Translations under genes and position numbers: made by a program | The notes under the pieces: model-generated | Seen by the model: the letters and a program-made list of their open reading frames with translations, nothing else | The model's database searches: none | Told to the model about the DNA's origin: nothing | Shown here: piece after piece, positions 59,501-64,000 of the stretch | How the letters are laid out: every line of letters begins with the position of its first letter | Numbering within the stretch: the first letter of the stretch is position 1 | From: Azolla caroliniana | Taxonomy: Eukaryota > Plantae > Polypodiophyta | NCBI GenBank assembly: GCA_043228905.1 | Contig: JBHGNT010000010.1 | Coordinates: 15,500,001 to 15,564,000 of the forward strand | Direction of reading: 5' to 3' | DNA: 64,000 nucleotides

Positions 59501-62026
59501 ATTGTCAATAAAACTAATGAAGTACAAGGCACCGCCGAGAGACTGATGTGGCATAGGGCCACAAGCATTCGAGTGGACTTGATTCTCTCGGTGTTGTTGT
59601 CGGGTGTGGTGCAACTATCTATTTACCATACCGACAATGCTCATAGAATTGATGATCGTGGAATAAGAGTTTGGGGATGTATCCGGCTCTGGATAAATGT
59701 ATGATCCCGGCCTTGATAAGGTCTCTGAGTCGTCCATGCCATAGCGACGACATAGGAATGTACACCAAAAACAAGTCACCCTCTCTGAGTGTGACATATA
59801 ATAGGTACGGTGAATGTACCTTCGGGCCTCAAGCAAGCAAGAGGTTCCCCATGCGGAGTGTCCACCCTCCTAATGAGAAGCTGGCATGGATGCCGCCTTC
59901 GTCGAGTTGTCTGACTGAGATCAAAGGTCTTGAGAGCTCATTTATGTGTTGAACATTGTGTAGTACTATTGTAGAGCCACCCATGAGGTTGAGCTCTATC
60001 GTGCCGATTCTGATTATAGCGCAATGTTGTGAGTTTCTGACTCAAACAGAGTTGGTGTGTCAGGCCGAATATTGCCGAAATTGGGATGTATGCGGAATCA
60101 CGTGATAGGATGCACCCAAATCGAGGAGCTAAGTGCTTGACTCTTCAATCGTAAGCAGAACTTCTGATTCGACTGAGTGTTTGATAAACAAGATGTTCGT
60201 GTCGTTTGACAATACTTTGGCCGAAGAGCCGACGTAATTAACTTCCTCATGCCGACCACTCTTCTGATCAGCTCGTTGAGTTTTATCGTTTTTTGCTTTG
60301 AGTGCGTGGCAATCAACTTTGATGCCCTCTAGTTTCTTGCAATAGTTGCAAATTCGATTTTCCCGAGACTTGCTCTGACTTCGTTGATTGTCCAACATTC
60401 GGGAAGAACTTCTTCCTCAACTGTTCGATCAGTCAATTAAACTTTGTACTACGTAAGCGTCATTTGCCGAATCTTTTGCAAACGATTTCCTCCAAGCATC
60501 TTCAGTTAGGATTGCACATGGTTGTGACGAAAGTTTCCCACAAAGGGGGACTACTCATAAAAAGCATCACTTTTTGTTCATCCTCAATGGTCGTCCCTTG
60601 AGCCGAGATTTGGGAACTTCAGCTTTCGTACTCGTTGAGGTGTACTTGGACCGAATCGGATTCTTTCATCCGAAGATTATAACGGCAGAATCACATTTAT
60701 CTTTGTGGCGGCTACCTTCTTTTCATAGGTGTCCGAGAGTGTCTTTCACAGTTGAAAGACTCTCAGACACGATTGCCTTGTGAAGTACATTGGCCCCGAC
60801 AAGTGCATTCGAATGCTGGCTCAAAAAATATTGTCGAGTTTTGTCCACTCATTTGGCTTGATTCCTCCTGCAGGAATTTTTGACTCGATTGGATCTATTT
60901 GACCCTTGATTATCAGATAGTCTTGCATCTGCCCTTTCCGAAAATTGAAGTTTGATCCGTCGAGCTTCCTTAGACTCATCTCTGATGATCCGGATGTTGT
61001 TGCCATCTGTGTCGGAGTTGACTACAAACGGTGGTGGGATGCAGTCGACTGGCTCACCTGATATCATTCTAGTCAGATTTGAACACAAGTCGAATCGGCT
61101 TCTCGAGTTGGATATGAATATGTTGATTTGATTTTGATGCTGATTTTGAGATGTCAAGCACAAATTTTGTGCCTATTATCTAGGCCAATCCTACTTCGAG
61201 TGACTATGATGATGAGAGGGACGGAGCCGATTGGTCCTCCTGAACGTCGTCTAGCTGAATGAAGCACTAATAAGGGTTGTTCCTTGGAATCCAATCTGCT
61301 ACGAGTGATTACGATGAGCGAGTGAATAGCGTTGATCAACCTATTCAATTGTCATCTAACCTGATGGAGCACGATTGAGGTAGAACTTGCAGAATGAAGA
61401 TTCACTCCGAGCGGCTACAATCACAGTAGTAAAGTACAGCCAACTGGCTTACTTCAAGAGTGATTTAGAATAATGGAGTGCAGACTTTCCAGGTGTTTCT
61501 CTTTGATGATTATGATCTTGTGAAGAGTTGGTAAACGAAGGATTTCAATAAACGGTGAATCTGTTATACCAAAAATTGTCTTCGAAAGGGACAAAAGAGA
61601 GTTGCTAATGAAGAACAAAGTAGACGACGGTAGCGGGATCAAGAAAAAGCCAAGCTCTAATACCAGATGTTGCAAACGGCCGTCTTATGCAGAATAGTAT
61701 CTTAGCACTCTTAGTTATGAAGATCGTCTGAGAGTAGATAGGAAACAGATTAAGAACAATAGACAACTAGATCACAACACAAGATTAACTAGTCAAAGAG
61801 GAAAAGAAGAAGAAATAGTGATGGCACAAGCAAGTATGTAACTGTATTAATTTGAACTTCGAGTCACAACAAATGGAGGCAACAAAATCACAACAACTAG
61901 GTTACAAAGCCCATTATATACTAATTGGGATAGGGCAATTTCCCTTTCACATATTTATAGAATTGTCCTAGCCTAGTTTGTCCAAGGGACAATATGAACA
62001 GGGCCATTATATACCCATATTCGACA
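56560..62026 (-). mobile_element. Decayed Ty1/copia element C4 (LTRs ~56560..56843, truncated, and 61668..62026)
   Basis: Matching LTRs ending CCCATATTCGACA, iMet-like PBS TGGTATTAGAGC at 61654..61665, PPT at 56844..56850; gag KLDGSNF, integrase GGALYFISFID, RT QLDVKTTFLHG and YMDDML, RNase H TEAEY. Confidence 0.9.
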
Positions 62027-64000
62027 TATACATACACCAAACAAAATAATGTGATACCAAAAAGCAAAGAATCAAGAAATCACAAAAGTTTCATGTGGCA
62101 TGATGAATGAGTGAAAGCAATGTACTTAGGATTTTATTTATTTATTTTTAGCTTCGGATTGTGGTTTACTCAATGCAATCCTAATCGCGGAAGCACACAT
62201 GACCTTGATTCCACATGAACAAACCTTCACACATTTTGTCCTCGTGTGTTTGTTTAGGTCAATGGGATTCATTGGATATTACAACATGGAAAGGCATCAA
62301 GAAATTTGTCAAATATGGCAACATCCAACTATGCCATATCTACTAGAGATCATCGACAAGAAGGCTTTACATTTGTGAGAGGTAAAGCCTTCTTGATCAC
62401 TTTGACTTTGTCAAGATTCATAACAATATGTCTCCTCAATGATATCTTAAATGTGCGTTTGGCGACATTCAGGTCTTGTATCGAGTGGAGTAAATGGTTG
62501 TTTGGGAAAACTTGCGTAAATACATATATGAAAGGTTCAAAGATTTCGATGATACTCTTTCTGGAACATGGTCTGAATGGTCATTTATCAAAACAACATG
62601 ACCATGGCCACCAACACACCCTTTTTGGTGACAGGTCAAGGATCCTCCATTGATCACAAGTTTACTTCCTCTATATTTAATTTCCTACACTCATTAAGAC
62701 ACCCGTGTGACTTGGGATCCAACACATTTAGTCATGCTTTGGTATGTTTGGCAATGACGTCACTACTCAGCATGAGTTCGGCAAAAGAGTTGGCCACTTT
62801 GCAAGGGCTAATTTGTGGGTTTGTTGGTGGGGTAACATGGTGAGCAAGTGCTGAAATTGGGTCTCCACTTGATGCGTCTCAATCTTAAATTGGGGTGTTT
62901 GGACCAAGTATGCTTGGTTATCCCTACCCACCATGCCATCTAGGCACATGTTGATTCTTGTAGTGTGCCACGGAAAAAGAGAGCACTCAGTGTTGCCAAT
63001 CATGTTTGACTTTGCCCACGTTCTGCACCAAGGGATGATCTATGAGGAGTTGTGGCTAGTAGGCATTAGACTTGGTCAAGCGACAGATGACCAAAACAAA
63101 AACCTGGACTAGGTTTCTATGGGCATGGACTACCATATCTTTGATTAGGCCAAGTGGTTCTGTGAGCAAAATTTTTCCACGCAAATGCGGAGAAGGGAAA
63201 CATCGGTAGGCATGCTCTCGTTGATGGTATTGGCACTGGATTCATTGTTGATGACAGCTCCCGACATGTCAAATGCATTGATACAAAGGGTCAAAATCGG
63301 GGAGTGTTGCTTGTCCAAGTTAACCGGAGAGCTGGTGGTGGGTGAGGTTCGTGAAGACCACCCCACACGGTCGGACACTTCATTTGTGGCAGTCCTAATG
63401 TGGTCGAGAGACAGGGTGACACCCATCAAGCTCTAGTTTAGTTGTGTACGAAAACCAAGCAATATATAAGGCATAGTAGACTATTACGAGGGAGTGTCAT
63501 CTCATTGCCTTGGAAGGTGAGCCAAATGTCATTTGGCACTATTGGAGGAGCCTGACAAAGTTCAATAATGTGGTACTTAACAACAACATTGTTGACGTCC
63601 ATGCAAGAAAGCCTTGTTGATGTTGGTCTCTTGGACCCATGTTTGGGTTTGATGTCATACACTCCTTTTGAATAGCACAATGTTGTGGCTCATTGTCTAT
63701 TGTCTAATGTGTACATGTAGCTAGAAATTGGCAACAATGGCCCTAATGATGTTTGTAGCCGAGAATTTTCCTTTGGTGTCGGCTTATGCAACAAACATTT
63801 ATTGTTGAAGTGGCCACACAACTGCAAATGAAGCACCATCTCTATTTGGGGGGCATGAGGTCCTAAGGTGTTGGTTGCAAATGAGGTTGCCAAGGGCCAC
63901 GTAGGGTGATGGTGTGATTGATCATCTTGAGGCAATGTTGGGTGGACGTACTAATCTATTATTGGTGAGGACGGTATTGACAATCTAATATTTGTGGTAG

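Noticed and set aside
62100-64000. Short ORFs at the right end
   Set aside because: CpG-depleted, probably very old TE debris; no motif could be assigned with confidence.

Overview
Eukaryotic nuclear DNA that looks like a land plant (a non-seed lineage is inferred, not shown). About 47 kb is a nest of retrotransposons: six insertions of one tRNA-Trp-primed, non-chromovirus Ty3/gypsy lineage (G1-G5 plus a solo LTR), four decayed Ty1/copia elements, chromovirus/Tf2-type remnants, solo LTRs and LINEs. There is one host gene: an intact 5-exon, 763-aa fusion of an EgtD-type histidine methyltransferase and an EgtB-type sulfoxide synthase, i.e. a fungal Egt1-like ergothioneine biosynthesis gene, join(49702..50024,51621..51901,52226..52463,52715..52960,53413..54616). 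The main leads are: (1) this spliced Egt1 in a plant-type context; (2) all six Trp-primed gypsy insertions sit at a 4-bp N-CG-N target, suggesting CpG-directed integration; (3) a very young element with apparently identical LTRs encodes only a 1418-aa Gag fused to a repetitive acidic tail; (4) tRNA-like Pol III A/B boxes and an E2F/RY module are conserved inside the LTRs; (5) a conserved GGATTTT -1 frameshift signal lies after the protease. All calls come from reading the sequence and recalled motifs; no database searches were run.
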